Under the pieces are notes generated by a model that saw only the letters and a program-made list of their open reading frames with translations, was not told the origin of the DNA and did no database searches. A program made the position numbers and the translations under genes. From an uncultured delta proteobacterium (GTDB lineage Bacteria; Myxococcota_A; Polyangia; Fen-1088): a DNA stretch of 64,000 nt. Below are positions 38,109-49,849 of this stretch, piece by piece; position 1 is the stretch's first letter, and every line of letters starts with the position of its first letter. Where the stretch lies: the NCBI GenBank assembly GCA_963796685.1, contig CAWCMR010000008.1, positions 128,001 through 192,000 of the forward strand, read 5' to 3'.

Positions 38109-41100
38109 TCAATAGCGCTTGGTCCACAGCAGATCGAAACCACCAACGCCCGCATCGCCATATTCGGATTGCAGCGCCCACCGGCGGGATATCCGATACT
38201 CGATATCGGCCTGATTGCTGTTCTCGTTCTCGCCTGCCCCGAAGATGTGCGAGTAACCCACGTAGATCCGGCTCGTGATGTTCTTGCCGAGCTCGACCCG
38301 AGTGGCCAAGGGACCGGCGCTGGTGGGCACCAGCGGCGCCGGCTGCGTGGTCGGCGGCGCCACCTTGCTGATTCGGAGCACGCCGGCACCGAGTGCGGGC
38401 ACAATCCGCTGGGCGAGATTTCCAATCAAGGCCGTCGAAACCGCAGACAGCGCCGCTGCGCTGAGATCGGAGTTGCCCCCCCTGGGCGTGCTCTGCTGTG
38501 TCCCGGACAGGACCAGGCTCATGAGCTTCCGACTTGCTGTAGACCGGAGGCTCACTCGCGAAATCCAAGACCGGCTTACCCGCGGTTCCGTGGATCGATA
38601 GCACCACCAGGACATCCGGGAATCGACCGGTGAGCCGAACGTCGAGCGCGGGGTCGAGGCTGGCGCCATTCCACATCAAGCTCGCACGATCGAGCGCGTA
38701 GCGGTTCCCGAGAAAGAACACGGTTCCCCAGTGGGCCACCACTTGCCCGGTCAAGCTGGTCTTGCCCTCCTCGCGCTCGAGCTCCAGGTCGACCATGAAC
38801 GCGCCATGAAAGTCCTGTCCCTGTACCTCGAGATCGCCGGCACGAATCCGGACACGTAGATTCGCAGGCAATGGCCCCTGTGTCTCCTTGGCTGGTGACC
38901 GGGGTGTAGACGCCTGGCCCACGAAGGTCACATGTTGCATGGGGGTGAGACTCTGCAGATTGCGTCCGGTCTCCAGGCGAGGAATATCGAGCTGCGCGCT
39001 CTTGGCACGGACCGTGAGATCGAGCCGCCCGTCGTTCACCACTCCGTTCGCTTGCAGGTCCGCGTCGATCGTGCCGGTCGCGATGGCTTCGGTGCTCAAG
39101 GGAAGGTGCTGCGCGCGGAGATCGAGGACCAGCGAGGCCAAGTGCCAGCCCGCAAGGCCAATCTTGCCCGTCGCCGACAACGAGCCGGACCCGGTTTCTG
39201 CGTGCAGCTTGTCGATCTCGATCCCGGCGGGCCCCACGCGAGCCTGCAGGTCGATCTGCCGAAACACCGGCTGATCCGCCACGCCCAGCTTCCCTCCGGT
39301 CAGCTCCAGCTCCCCGCTCAGGTGGTCCGGGCTGGGCTGACCCTGGAACGCCAATACCGCCCGCAGCTCGCCACCTGCCACTGCCAGGCCAGGGACCAGC
39401 CCGGTGAGGAATGCGAGGTCGAAGTGGCTTGCCTCGAGGTGGCCGCGAAGTGGCTCGCCCCGTTTCCGCCCGGCAGTCATGCTCAAGCCGCCTCGTCCTC
39501 CCTGCTCGGCGGAGACGCTCGCCTGCCAGGCCTCGGGACGGTAGCTCCCCTGTGCGCGCAAGCTGACGAACTGCACGCCGTGAATCCAGGCCGGCGCCAT
39601 CGACATCTCGGCCAACAGGCGCGGACTGGCGACGGTGCCGGTGATCTTCCCATGCCCCGACACCCGCCCCTTCGAATCCACCAGCTCGGGGAATGCGCCG
39701 GCGAGGCTCTCGATGCCGAGGCCGGGCATGTCCACGTGGAGATCCAGCGGCCAGTCGACCGGCCACCGCTTGGCGCCGTGCCAAGGCTCGCGGCCTGGAA
39801 CGACCTGGCCATGGGCTGCCAGCAGTGGCTGGCCATGCACCTGACTTTGCAGCGAAACGTCGGCAATCCCGCGCTCCAAGGTGGCGCTCACCTCGGCCGA
39901 GAGGCCGGACAGTCCTCTCCAGCTTACTCCGGTAAGCTGGCTATCGAGGTGGAGCACGGGCTGCGCCAAATCGCCGCTTCCGTCGAGGCTCATGCTCACT
40001 TCCCCCGATTGGATGGGTAGGCGAGAGAGGAGCGCACCGGGAAGCTCGTCCAGCCGAGCCGCCTGCGCGGCAACGTGAAACGCGATGGGTCCGTCGCGCG
40101 CCAGGATGGGCAGGTATTGCCCGGTCCGGAAACGCACGGGCAAAGTGGCCGTTGCGCGCAAAGCCCGGCGAGAGGCCACGTCGACGCGGGCTTCGGCCTT
40201 CAGAATCCTTCGTTGTGAGCGCCAGCTCGATGTCGGCGTTCGCCGGGGGAGCCTGGCGCGAAACCCGAATCCGCTGCGCGGCCACGTGCAAGTGCGCAGC
40301 TCGCTCGTACCTGCCCCTTTCCTGGTAGTCTCCGTCGGCCAAGAGCACCCCGCCCAGCGCCGAAACGCGCAGCCCGCTGAGCGCGAGCCGACGCCCGCGC
40401 TGCCAGCGGACGGTGGTGGGCCGGCGCAAAGAGAAAGCCCGTTCGCCAATCCGTGCCCGCAGCCGGGTCACAGTCACCTGCGCCGAGCAATCCGTCGCCC
40501 TGCCTGTCGCCGCGAACTTCGCCTGCCCCATACGAGACCCGACACTTCCCGATACGGCAAGGTGCGAGCCTGCAGCGGTAGCCTCGAGGCGGAGGTCGCG
40601 GATGAACGCCTTTCCCGACCTCAAATCCCTGGCTACGAGGTGAATACGGCCCTTGGGAAGAGGAAGGCGCCCCGTCGCTTCGACTTTCAACTCGACCGCA
40701 CCGGCCTTCTTGTCCGCAAAGCCGAATCCCGGGCCAGGATGGTGGCGCGCAGGTCTTCCAGCGTGCTTGGAAGATGCGCGCGCAAGCGAAGGTTAAGCCG
40801 GGCGGTTCCCCGCAGCCCACGCGGAAGGTAAGCCACCCGCTGGGGACGACGGACCGAGGCATCGACATCCAAGGCCACCTCTCGCTCGCTGCCGCTGCCC
40901 TTGGCCGTCGCAGAGACCCCCGGAGCCTCGACGGCCAAGCTCTCCAACCGCCACGCCTGACCGCTGAGGCTTCCGCGCAGACGGGCCGTGAACCCGGTGA
41001 CCTCGGCCAACGTCGAGGGCAGGATCTTGGCCCGGATGGTGGCGCTGGCAGAGGGACTGAGCGGCAGACCTTGTCCGGAGATTTCACCGATGAGGCTCAC

Positions 41101-42021
41101 CTCGCCGGGCGGCAGCAGGCCGTTAAGCCTCGCGGGATCGACGTGCGTGGTTTCGATCTCCAGCCCGTAGCCCAAACCATGCACAAAACCCAGGGTCCCG
41201 TGCACGCGAGCCTGGCCCTCCCCTGGCAGCCCGACCTGCACCTGCATGGCCAGGGACGGAAAGGCCCCCGTGGCCGAGCCGTGGAGCTCGAGCATTCCGC
41301 CTGGCACCACGCCCCCCACGGTCAGACGCGAGAGGAAGACCTGGATGTCCTTCTCCGACCATTCCCCGGCAGCGTCGAGCGTCACGCTCAGGTTACGCCC
41401 GCCCAGCCCGCCTTGTGCCTTCAGCTTCACCGAGGCATGGAAGCTTCCGCTGGCGTAGCCGACGCTTCCCACGGCGTCGACATCCATCGCCTCGACCTTC
41501 GGTCTCTGCCAATGGAGCACTCCGTCGGTGAGCGCGAAGTCGTGGATCTCCCAGGCCCAGCCAGCGCGCTGGCTTGCCTTGGCGGATGGCTGCGGTGCCC
41601 CGCCGCCCGCGAACAACTGCGCCAGGTTCAGCTGGCCGTTGGCCAGGGAGCGCGCCTCGACCTGCGGTTCGGCTACCAGCAGGTCACCGACGCGGAGCTT
41701 GCGTCCGAGAAGATCGCGCAGATCGATACGGCCCCGCACCTTGGCGATGCGAACAGCGGGGCGCCCCTCCCGATCCCGAGCGATGACCTCCCTGAGCTCG
41801 ATGGTATCGGGCAGCGTCAGCCGGAAGCCGCCGAGGGACAATCCTGGGATGACCTTTCTGAGCTGGCTTTCCACCCGGTCGCGCAACCAGGCGTGTCCGG
41901 CCGCGGTGTGTATCCAGACCCACAATCCGGCACCTCCGGCCGTCATGCTGGCGACCAGCATCAGGATGAAACCCAAGAGCAAACGCCAACCTCGGCGTCT
42001 GCCTGGTCTTACGCGCGACAA
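38109..42021 (-). CDS. tamB: Translocation/assembly module TamB (DUF490), three frameshifts at ~40725, ~40204, ~38527
   Basis: N-terminal TM; beta-taco repeats; DUF490 end LDPALDVR, IHGTAGKPVLDFASEPP, VELGKNITSRIYVGY, GFDLLWTKRY; downstream of tamA. Confidence 0.85.
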
Positions 42022-42088
42022 AGCTCCTCCTTTTCTTCAGATGCTCGTCGGCGGGCCAGGAGAGCTGCCAGGAGCGTTTTCTTCCTGC

Positions 42089-42180
42089 GAAACACCTCGC
42101 CCCGCGTAGCGGGGAGAGGTCGCCGAGCGCAGCGAGGCGGGTGAGGGGCTGCCACGTTTCACCTCTGAAGGATCAGGGCC
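42089..42180 (+). repeat. REP-like element copy 1, between tamA and tamB
   Basis: ACCTCGCCCCGCGTAGCGGGGAGAGGTCGCCGAGCGCAGCGAGGCGGGTGAGGGG...; near-identical to 47415-47507. Confidence 0.9.
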
Positions 42181-42203
42181 GCCGGCCGGCCAGGCGGCGT
42201 CGC

Positions 42204-44145
42204 TCAGAAGGCCTCACCAATGGTGATGTGAAATGCCAATCGCTGGCCGGGGTCGGGATTGGGCAGTCCATCGGGGCCGACCCCGCTCAACCGGTTCAGG
42301 CGGAATCCCGAGCCCGGCTCGCAGGGGACCGACCGGGGTCTGGTACAGGAGATCGGGACCGACGGCGATGTGCAAATCGGACAGGTGCAACTGCGAGACC
42401 TCAGGCACCACATCGCCCGCATCGATGAATGGCACGAAGGCCAGGGGATTGCCCCACAGATGAAACGTTCCCAGCCGCAACTCGGCAGAGAAGAGCACCT
42501 CGCCATCCCCGCCCACGGGAACCCGGTTCCCGGTCGTCAAATCCACGGCTTGAGGTGACAGGCGTCCGTAGCTGAAGCCACGTTGCGCAGACGGCCCGCC
42601 CATGAAGAACCGGCGCGTGATGGGGCTGTCGTGGGTGCGAGAGCTGGGAAAGACGCCGCCGAGCAACGCACGCCCCGCCAAGGTCACGAAATCTCCCAAT
42701 GGAACGTAGACACGTGCCTCGGGAACCACCTTGGTATAGGTGAAATCGCCGCCCAGTTGCGGCAGTCCCACCTCGAAGTGCGTCGCCAGCCAGACACCCT
42801 CGTGGGGATTGAGACGGTCGTCCCGCAGGTCGAGCTCGGCGCTGGCTTCGATGTACGCCAGCCGGTAAGGATTCTGAAAACCAAAACCGAGCGGCGTCGT
42901 CACCGGATTGAAGGCTGTGGTGTCGATGGAGAAGAACGTGAAGTACTGCAGGTTCCACGCGGCCGAGAGCAAGAGCCGGTCTCGCCATACCGGCCGTTCC
43001 ACCCCCACGACGGCGCGCGGGCCTTGGTAGTCGTAACCCTCTTGAATCTCCACCTGATACCCGACATTCACCTGGGCCGTGATGGCGCTGCCGAGGAGGT
43101 CGGGTTGCACGAGCTGGGCCAGCACGTCGACGGCGAAGCCTTGACGTCTCGAATTGGTGAATCCCGGCACCAGGACGTAGGCGGGTTTGGCCGACAAGCG
43201 CAGGGTGCGCATTCCCCCGAGAAAATCGTGGGACGCCCATTCGAGCCGCAAGCGAAACTCGTCCCGCTGCTGCTCCACCCCGACGCCGCCACCCAGGCGC
43301 AGCTCGTGCAGTTGCTTGGCCGGCTCGACTTGCACGGTCACGTCGGCCACGGGCTGTGGCACCGCGGGAAGCTTGATCGCCACGGCCGAAAACACCCCCA
43401 AGCCATAGAGGCGACTTTCACTGAGGTCGAGCTCGTGTGGCGAGAAGATGTCACCGCTCTCGAAGGTCAGCCGCCGACGGATGGGACCGACGGGCAAACC
43501 GTCGTTTCCGGTCACGTGAATGGCCCCCAGGGTCACCTTGGGACCGAGCGTGACCTCGTACAGTAGCCTCGCCTCATGCTTCTCGCGGTCCACGGTCGCG
43601 TGCCCATGTACCTCCGCGTAGGCATACCCGAGCCTTCTCAGCTGGTCCCGTAACCGACCTTGCGTCGAGGTGAAGTCCGCATAGTCGAAGATGCTGCCTA
43701 CGGGGGGTTCGATTTGGTTGCGCAAATGGCGCTGCTCCGGCTCGCCGAGCGCACTCAACCCGGACAGGTCGACCTGTACGACCTTCGTCGGCAACCCCGC
43801 TTCGAACGTCAGGGTGACATCCACACCGTCCTTGTCGTACGGCTTCACGTGCTCATCGACCACCCGCGCGTCGAAGTAGCCGTGCTCCTGACAGTAAGCG
43901 ACCACCCTCTTGCCGTCCGCCCGCAACGCTGCCTCGGAGAACTCGTGCCGCGTGGCAAACGGCCACCACCCCGTGGCCTGCAGGGCCAGGTGCTTGCGCA
44001 GGTCACCGGTCGAGAGCTTCCCTTGGCCATGGAGGGTCAGGTTGTGAACCCACTTCTCCACCGGCGCCGCCGGGTGGCTGCACCCGGAAAGATGCACCGC
44101 CAGGGCGTACAACAAGCAACGCTCGCGCCAACGCTGCGCCCACAT
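42204..44145 (-). CDS. tamA: TamA/BamA (Omp85) outer membrane protein, frameshift at ~42304
   Basis: Lipobox LSGC, POTRA domains, RFFMGGPSAQRGF, FSAELR, QTPVGPLR; C-terminus AFHITIGEAF lies in the adjacent frame. Confidence 0.9.
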
Positions 44146-44416
44146 CGGGCGGAGCTTAGCGCACGGACTTGCCCGCGCCAGACCACTCGCGGACGGTGGT
44201 GGGATCGTCGCTGAGAGTGGTCCGGCGCGCTCAAGCTGCGGCGACCACGGCCGTCGATTGCCGTGATTGCCGTTCGCATCCGTTGGGCCCTCTCGAGTCG
44301 CCGAGCGCGATGCATTCCTCGCGCGCTTCGAGGGACACGATCTGTGCCTGCGATCTCCGGTGCGACGCGCGAGCCGGCTTGCGCGGCAATCCGACTGCGA
44401 CACCCATCTCTCCCCC

Positions 44417-45886
44417 TCAGCGAGCGCGGGTGAAGTCGAGGAAGCCGCGCTCGAAGTCCGTCGACACGAGGGTCGCGCGAATCTTGTCACCCACGTGCAG
44501 TCCGTGCGTGCCCTGCACCAGCCGCCCCTCGGCCGGCGGATCGAGGATACGCACCCAGGTACCCTTCTCGGCCGCGCCGGTGATGAGCCCATCGAAAGAT
44601 TCGCCCACGCGCCTTTCCAGCAGGAGCACGGCCGCCGATTTGCGCACCTGCCGCTCGGCCTTGGCGATGTTGCCTTCCTGGACCGTGCAACGCCCGGCGA
44701 TCAGGGTCAATTCCGCGATGCCATAGGGCGAGGGGTGATCGGCCAGCGAGGCCTTGAGCAGGCGCTGGGTGACGAGATCCGCGAACCGTCGGTTGGGCGC
44801 GGTGGCATGAGTATAGTCTCTGATCGAAAGACCGAAGTGGCCGGCCCGCGAATCACCCGGACGCTCGGCCACGTATTCGCCCCGGCCCATCAGCTTGACG
44901 ACGGCCAGAGACAGATCGGGAAATCGCAAAGGATCCGCCGCCCGTCGTTTCGCCAGAAAGGCCTCGAGCGCGCGCGCCGAAGGCTGCCCGGGCAGCGACT
45001 CGCCGAGCTTGGCGGCCAAGTCGACGATCCGCGTCCACCGCTCGGGCGAGCGAACCACCCTGCGCAACGCGGGCCGCCCCTTGGCTTCCAGAAAACGCAC
45101 CGCCACGCCGTTGCTGGCGATCATGAATTCCTCGATCAACTCCTTGGCCCGATTCGTTCTCTCGGCGCGCATGCCGACCACGGCATCGTCCTTGAACACG
45201 GGGCGCGCCTCCAGCGAAGCAAAATCGAGCGCGCCTATCCGGTGGCGCGATTCGCGCAACCGCCCCGCGACCGCGTCTTGAAGGCGAAGCTGGGCATCCA
45301 TGCCCGCCACCGATGCCGCCCCTTCCGGCAACGGCCCCTCCCCGTCGAGCCATGCAGCGACCGCGTCGTACGTCAGCTTGGCGTGGTTGCGCACCACCGC
45401 CCGGCTGATCTCGCTCTCGGCCAGGCTGCCCTCGGCGCGCACGACGTATTCGACGACGAGGCTGAGGCGATCCACGCCTTGACCGAGCGACGTGAGATCC
45501 GTGGACAACCGTTCGGGCAGCATGGGATAGACGTGCCCGGCCGCATAGACGGACGCCGTATTGTGAGCCGCATGTCCATCCAGGGGCGTGCCCTTGCCGA
45601 CCAGGGTGTCGACGTCCGCGATGGCGATGAAGACCCTGACCGAGCCGTCGCCCAAATCGAGAGCGGCCGAAAGCTGGTCCAGATCCTTGGACTCGTCATT
45701 GTCGATCGAGCACCAGGGCAGTCCGCGTAGATCGCGAATATCGCCCCCGCCCTCCTCGGACGGCCCGCGAATAGCGTCGAGCTGTTCCAGCGCGGAAGCA
45801 TCGAAGTCGCCGAGAAGGCCGCGCTCCCGTAGCGCCCGCTGCGCCACCCGCTGCAGATCGTCCCTATGATGCGCGAGCGAAGTCAT
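44417..45886 (-). CDS. RNB-domain exoribonuclease (RNase II/R family, short form)
   Basis: SIDNDESKDLDQ, IAIADV, YPMLPERLS, LIEEFMI, HFGL...YTHATAPNRRFADL, C-terminal S1-like region. Confidence 0.92.
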   Translation of the reverse strand: MTSLAHHRDDLQRVAQRALRERGLLGDFDASALEQLDAIRGPSEEGGGDIRDLRGLPWCSIDNDESKDLDQLSAALDLGDGSVRVFIAIADVDTLVGKGTPLDGHAAHNTASVYAAGHVYPMLPERLSTDLTSLGQGVDRLSLVVEYVVRAEGSLAESEISRAVVRNHAKLTYDAVAAWLDGEGPLPEGAASVAGMDAQLRLQDAVAGRLRESRHRIGALDFASLEARPVFKDDAVVGMRAERTNRAKELIEEFMIASNGVAVRFLEAKGRPALRRVVRSPERWTRIVDLAAKLGESLPGQPSARALEAFLAKRRAADPLRFPDLSLAVVKLMGRGEYVAERPGDSRAGHFGLSIRDYTHATAPNRRFADLVTQRLLKASLADHPSPYGIAELTLIAGRCTVQEGNIAKAERQVRKSAAVLLLERRVGESFDGLITGAAEKGTWVRILDPPAEGRLVQGTHGLHVGDKIRATLVSTDFERGFLDFTRAR

Positions 45887-45921
45887 CTCCCAGTGTCCTC
45901 CTCGCCGGCCGCCGCGCACCC

Positions 45922-46640
45922 CTACCGCTTCGCGGCCTCGACGGGTTGAGGCGCAGGGGCAGAGCCGGGAGGCGCAGCCGCAGCCTGTTGCTGAAGATGC
46001 TGGTTGGCCGTGATTTCGATCTGCACGCGACGGTTCTGCGCACGCCCGGCCTCGGTGGTGTTGGGGGCCACCGGCTTGTCGTCGGCCAAGCCTTGCGCGG
46101 TCAAACGGAGATCGAATCCACGCCCTGGGATTCCAAGAGAGCGATGACCGCGTTGGCGCGCGCCAGAGAGAGCTTCTTGTTGAGCGCCTTCTTGCCCTTG
46201 TTGTCGGTGTGGCCCTCGACCACGAGGTCGGTGTCCTTGTACTCCTTGAGGACCTTGGCGAAATTGGTCAAATCCGTCTTCGACGCAGGCTTGAGCTTGG
46301 ATTTTCCGGTGTCGAAGAGAATGGCCGAGTTGAACTTCACCACCAGCTTGTCGCCCTGGCGTTCTACGTTGGCGCCTTTGACTTCCTTGAGGGCCTTCTC
46401 TTGCTTGTCCATGTAGTTGCCGATGAGGGCGCCCGCGCCCGCACCCGCCGCGGCGCCGACCGCGCCGCCAATGAGCGCGCCCTTGCCACCACCCGCCAGC
46501 GCGCCGATGCCGGCGCCAGCCAGCCCACCAGCTCCAGCCCCCACCAGGGCCCCCGACTGAGCCTTCGTTGCGCAGGCCGTTGCGAGATACGCGAAGGCTG
46601 CAACAGCAGCGCCGAGTCTTGTTAGCTTCCAGGAGTTCAT
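45922..46640 (-). CDS. OmpA-family lipoprotein with glycine zipper, frameshift at ~46110
   Basis: Lipobox ATAC, Gly zipper, ILFDTGKS, VEGHTD, LSLARANAV, GRAQNRRVQI. Confidence 0.92.
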
Positions 46641-46916
46641 GATGTAGGTCCTCTGTGGGTGCTTCATGGCCGCTGCATCTATTAACCCAAAGCCAAAACT
46701 TTGCAATTGCTGTTGTGCCCTCGTCACGGCGTGAGCCAGCGGCACATGCGCGACGTGGCACGCGGATTCCGCATTTTCTCGGCTATAACACCGCAAGGGT
46801 TCCTCCCAGGGCTTGGGCGAGCACAGCCGGGCAAAGGCGCCTGTACTCACGCACACAGTTTGGGTACGCTCCAGCTGGATTTCGCCACTCCCTCGCAAGA
46901 CGAGGGGGCATCCCGG

Positions 46917-46933
46917 TCGGCACGGCGAATGCT
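46917..46933 (+). promoter_or_regulatory. Sigma54 -24/-12 promoter
   Basis: cGGCACggcgaaTGCT (GG-N10-GC), 30 bp upstream of ATG 46963. Confidence 0.6.
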
Positions 46934-46962
46934 ACGTCATGATTGAAACAAGAAGGTGTCGT

Positions 46963-47397
46963 ATGAAAACCAACCTCTCCTTCGTCTCATTGCTCTTGCT
47001 CGCTGCACTGGCACCAGCCTGTGCCACGACCGAGGGCGAAACCTGGGGCCAACCGCCACCGCAGGGCAACTGGGTGCTCTACGGGCGCGTCGAGAACGTG
47101 CGCGAAACTCTGCGCCACCAGCAGGGCGATCCAGCGGCCGGCGCGGTGGCAGGAGCGGTCATCGGTGGCTTGCTGGGGACCGCCCTGGGCGGCAGGGGCT
47201 TCGGGACCTTCGTCGGCGCCAGCGAAGGCGCGATGATCGGAGCCAGCTCCAGCCAGAGCGGCTACGTGGGCCGGACCTTGGAGGTCTTCGTTCGCTTCGA
47301 CGATGGCAGCCTGCGAACCTTCGTGTACCAGGACTATCTTCCCTTCCGCCCCGGCGACTACGTGGTGTGGACGCCGCAAGGATTGTCACGGCGTTGA
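46963..47397 (+). CDS. Glycine-zipper 2TM (SlyB-like) lipoprotein
   Basis: Lipobox APAC; GAVAGAVIGGLLG; VRFDDGSLRTF, FRPGDYV. Confidence 0.85.
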   Translation: MKTNLSFVSLLLLAALAPACATTEGETWGQPPPQGNWVLYGRVENVRETLRHQQGDPAAGAVAGAVIGGLLGTALGGRGFGTFVGASEGAMIGASSSQSGYVGRTLEVFVRFDDGSLRTFVYQDYLPFRPGDYVVWTPQGLSRR

Positions 47398-47414
47398 GAT
47401 GGAAACCCTGACCT

Positions 47415-47507
47415 GAAACCACCTCGCCCCGCGAAGCGGGGAGAGGTCGCCGAGCGCAGCGAAGCGGGTGAGGGGCTGTCACGTTTCACACCTGAAGGAT
47501 CCGGGCC
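47415..47507 (+). repeat. REP-like element copy 2
   Basis: About 92-bp near-identical direct copy of 42089-42180. Confidence 0.9.
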
Positions 47508-47708
47508 TTCGGCCCGGCGGAGTTACTGGGAGGGTTCCCAAACCCTCGGCCCCACCCGCCACCCTCCTCCCCGCTCGCTGCGCTCGGCCTCGCGCGCTCT
47601 GGCGGAGGCGCGAGGGGCGCGTCCGAAGGACGCGAGGGGGAGGGCGTGGAGGTGTAGGTCCCGAAGCACCGACGAAGTCGCCGGGCAAAGCCCGGCTCCG
47701 CCTACGCG

Positions 47709-47960
47709 CTAGAGCACCGAACGGGTTGAATGCTGTGCAGAATCGAGAGCTTGCGAGTGCTCGGAAAATTCACCTCGCCCCGCGAAGCGGGGAGAGGTCG
47801 ACGCGCGAAGCGCGTCGGGTGAGGGGTTCGGCCATGCGAGAGGGTGCGCTGGCCCCTCACCCTAACCCTCTCCCCGCTGCGCGGGGCGAGGGGATCGGAG
47901 GGGGCACGTGCGTAGCAACTTCTTGAATTCTCTGCACTTTCAACCCGTTCGGTGCTCTAG
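47709..47960. mobile_element. 252-bp MITE-like element with CTAG ends enclosing an inverted REP pair
   Basis: Perfect 22-bp TIR CTAGAGCACCGAACGGGTTGAA / TTCAACCCGTTCGGTGCTCTAG; inner REP at 47771-47827 and inverted REP at 47853-47893. Confidence 0.82.
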
Positions 47961-49439
47961 GACTGCGTTGGATCGCGCGGGTCGCTGGCCAAGGCGCGAA
48001 GGTCCTCTTCCGCTGGCGCGAGCACGCGCGGCCGCTGCTCGATACCGTCGATCTCGCCGACGGTCTTCTCGCTGGCCGCGCCGAGCTCCTCCAGCTTTCG
48101 AATGGCGGGGCGAACGCGCCCGTCGAACGAAGCCACCGCCTTGTTGAAGTTCTCGGTCGCGCTCTTGATGGCCGAACCCACCTTGGCCCAGTGATCGACC
48201 ATGGTCGCCATGCGCGCGTGCAGCTCCTTGCCCTGCGCGCTGATGGCCTGCGCGTTTTCCGCCAACAGCTCTTGGCGCCAGCCGAAGTGCACGGCCTGCA
48301 GCAGCGCGATGAGGGTGGTGGGCGTCGCGATGAGGACCTTCTTGCCCACCCCCTCCTCGATGAGCGATGGCGATTCCTGCAAGGCCGCGCTGTACATGGC
48401 CTCGCTGGGCAGGAACATGACCACGAACTCGGGCGTGGCATCGAGCTCGGACCAGTAGCTCTTGGCCGACAGCTTGAGCACGTGGGCGCGAATCTGCGCC
48501 GCGTGCCGGCCCATGTGCGCCCGGCGCGCATCCTCGTCGCTGGCGTCGAGCGCGTCGAGATAGCCTTCGAGCGGCACCTTGGCGTCGACCACCACGTTGC
48601 GGCCCCCCGGCAGTCTCACGATCATGTCGGGCCGCAAGCGGCCGTCCTCCCCGACGAGCGTTTCTTGCTGGAAGAAGTCGCAGTGCTCGACCATGCCGGC
48701 GAGCTCGACCACGCGCGCCAGCTCGGATCTCGCCCCAGCGCCCGCGCACGGCCGGAGTGCGCAGCGCGCGCACCAGGTTCCCGGTCTCCGACGAAAGCTT
48801 GCTGTGCGTCTCGGACAGGTTGCGGACGAGCTCGGTCAGCCGACCGTAGGCCTGGCCGCGCTCGCGCTCGAGCTCTCGGATCTTGGTGTCCACGCGGTCG
48901 AGGGACTCCTTGACCGGCTTGAGCAGACCGTCGATGGCTGTCTGCCTTGCCGCCAAGGTGTCATCGGCCTCTTTTCGAGCTGCGGTCAGCTTTTGCGAGG
49001 CCAAGGTCAAGAAGCCCTCGTTGTTGGCAGCCAGTGCCTGCGCGGCCAGGGCACGAAAGGTGTCGCCCAATCTTTCTTCGGCGTGCTCCAGCAACGCCTT
49101 TTGCTCGTCGAGGTTGCGGCGCAGCTCCACCACCTGGGTTTCGGCCACCGCCCTCGCCTTCTGCGTTTCGCCCAGGTCTTGCTCCAGCCGGTGGCCCCGA
49201 TCTTCGGCCACTCCCAGCGAACGCCGCAGCTCTTCCGCCGTGGCTTGCGCCGCCCGCGCTGCTCCGTCGGCCGCGCGCAGCTTGGGTTCCACCTCGCGCA
49301 ACTGCGCCTCCAGCTCGCGCGGCCTGACCTCGCCGCGCGCCCGCTCCCGCGCCGCCGCCCACAGCCAACCGACGGCCAACCCCAACGCCAGCGCAACCAG
49401 CGCGGTCAGCGCAACGAGAACGGCTTCTCCTCCCGACAT
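47957..49439 (-). CDS. rmuC: DNA recombination protein RmuC, frameshift at ~48724
   Basis: N-terminal TM and coiled coil, RGRWGEI, LRPDMIVRLPG, VDAKVP, PEFVVMFLPSE, ATPTTLIALL. Confidence 0.93.
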
Positions 49440-49538
49440 CGCGCCGATACTATCCGAATGTTCAGGTGCGCCGCAAGTGGGGACGCCTCCCGAATCCTCC
49501 CGTGACACCATCACCGCGGTGGGGTGAGGTCGGGTCGC

Positions 49539-49837
49539 TCAGCGTCGGCGCGACCAATAGCCGGGCCGTCGTTTCTGGTGGGCGACCGCCACGATGACGA
49601 TTTCGCGGGCGTCGAAGCGGTAATGAATGGTGAAGGGAAGCGGCCGAGGATGCGTTTATGGGCACGCGGGCCACGAGGCCAGCGTCCCGGCGCCTCGGCG
49701 ATTTCTTCGACGGCGGCACGGAGGACACGCAGAAAATCGTCGCCACGACCAGCACGCTCCTCGTTATAGCGGTCAGCACTACCGAAAAGCTCGCTCTCTG
49801 CGGCGTGGAGAAACCGGACGCGGGGCTGGACTGGCAC
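49539..49837 (-). CDS. RelE/ParE-family toxin, -1 frameshift at ~49636
   Basis: AAESEL...GDDFL...IAEAPGRWP. Adding one C gives RFPFTIHYRF...IVAVAHQKRRPGYW. Confidence 0.85.
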
Positions 49838-49849
49838 GCGTGGGCCAGC

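Noticed and set aside
46700-46775. Additional sigma54-like motifs upstream of ompA (GGCAC-N7-TTGC on minus; TGGCAC-N5-TTCC on plus)
   Set aside because: Wrong -24/-12 spacing in one and missing conserved GC in the other.
47696-47705. Possible attR copy of the tRNA-Val 3' end (CCGCCTAC)
   Set aside because: An 8-nt match is expected by chance, and there is no integrase in the window.
42089-47893. Possible CRISPR array from repeated palindromic units
   Set aside because: Copies are dispersed or inverted, there are no regular spacers, and no cas genes; these are REP-like elements.
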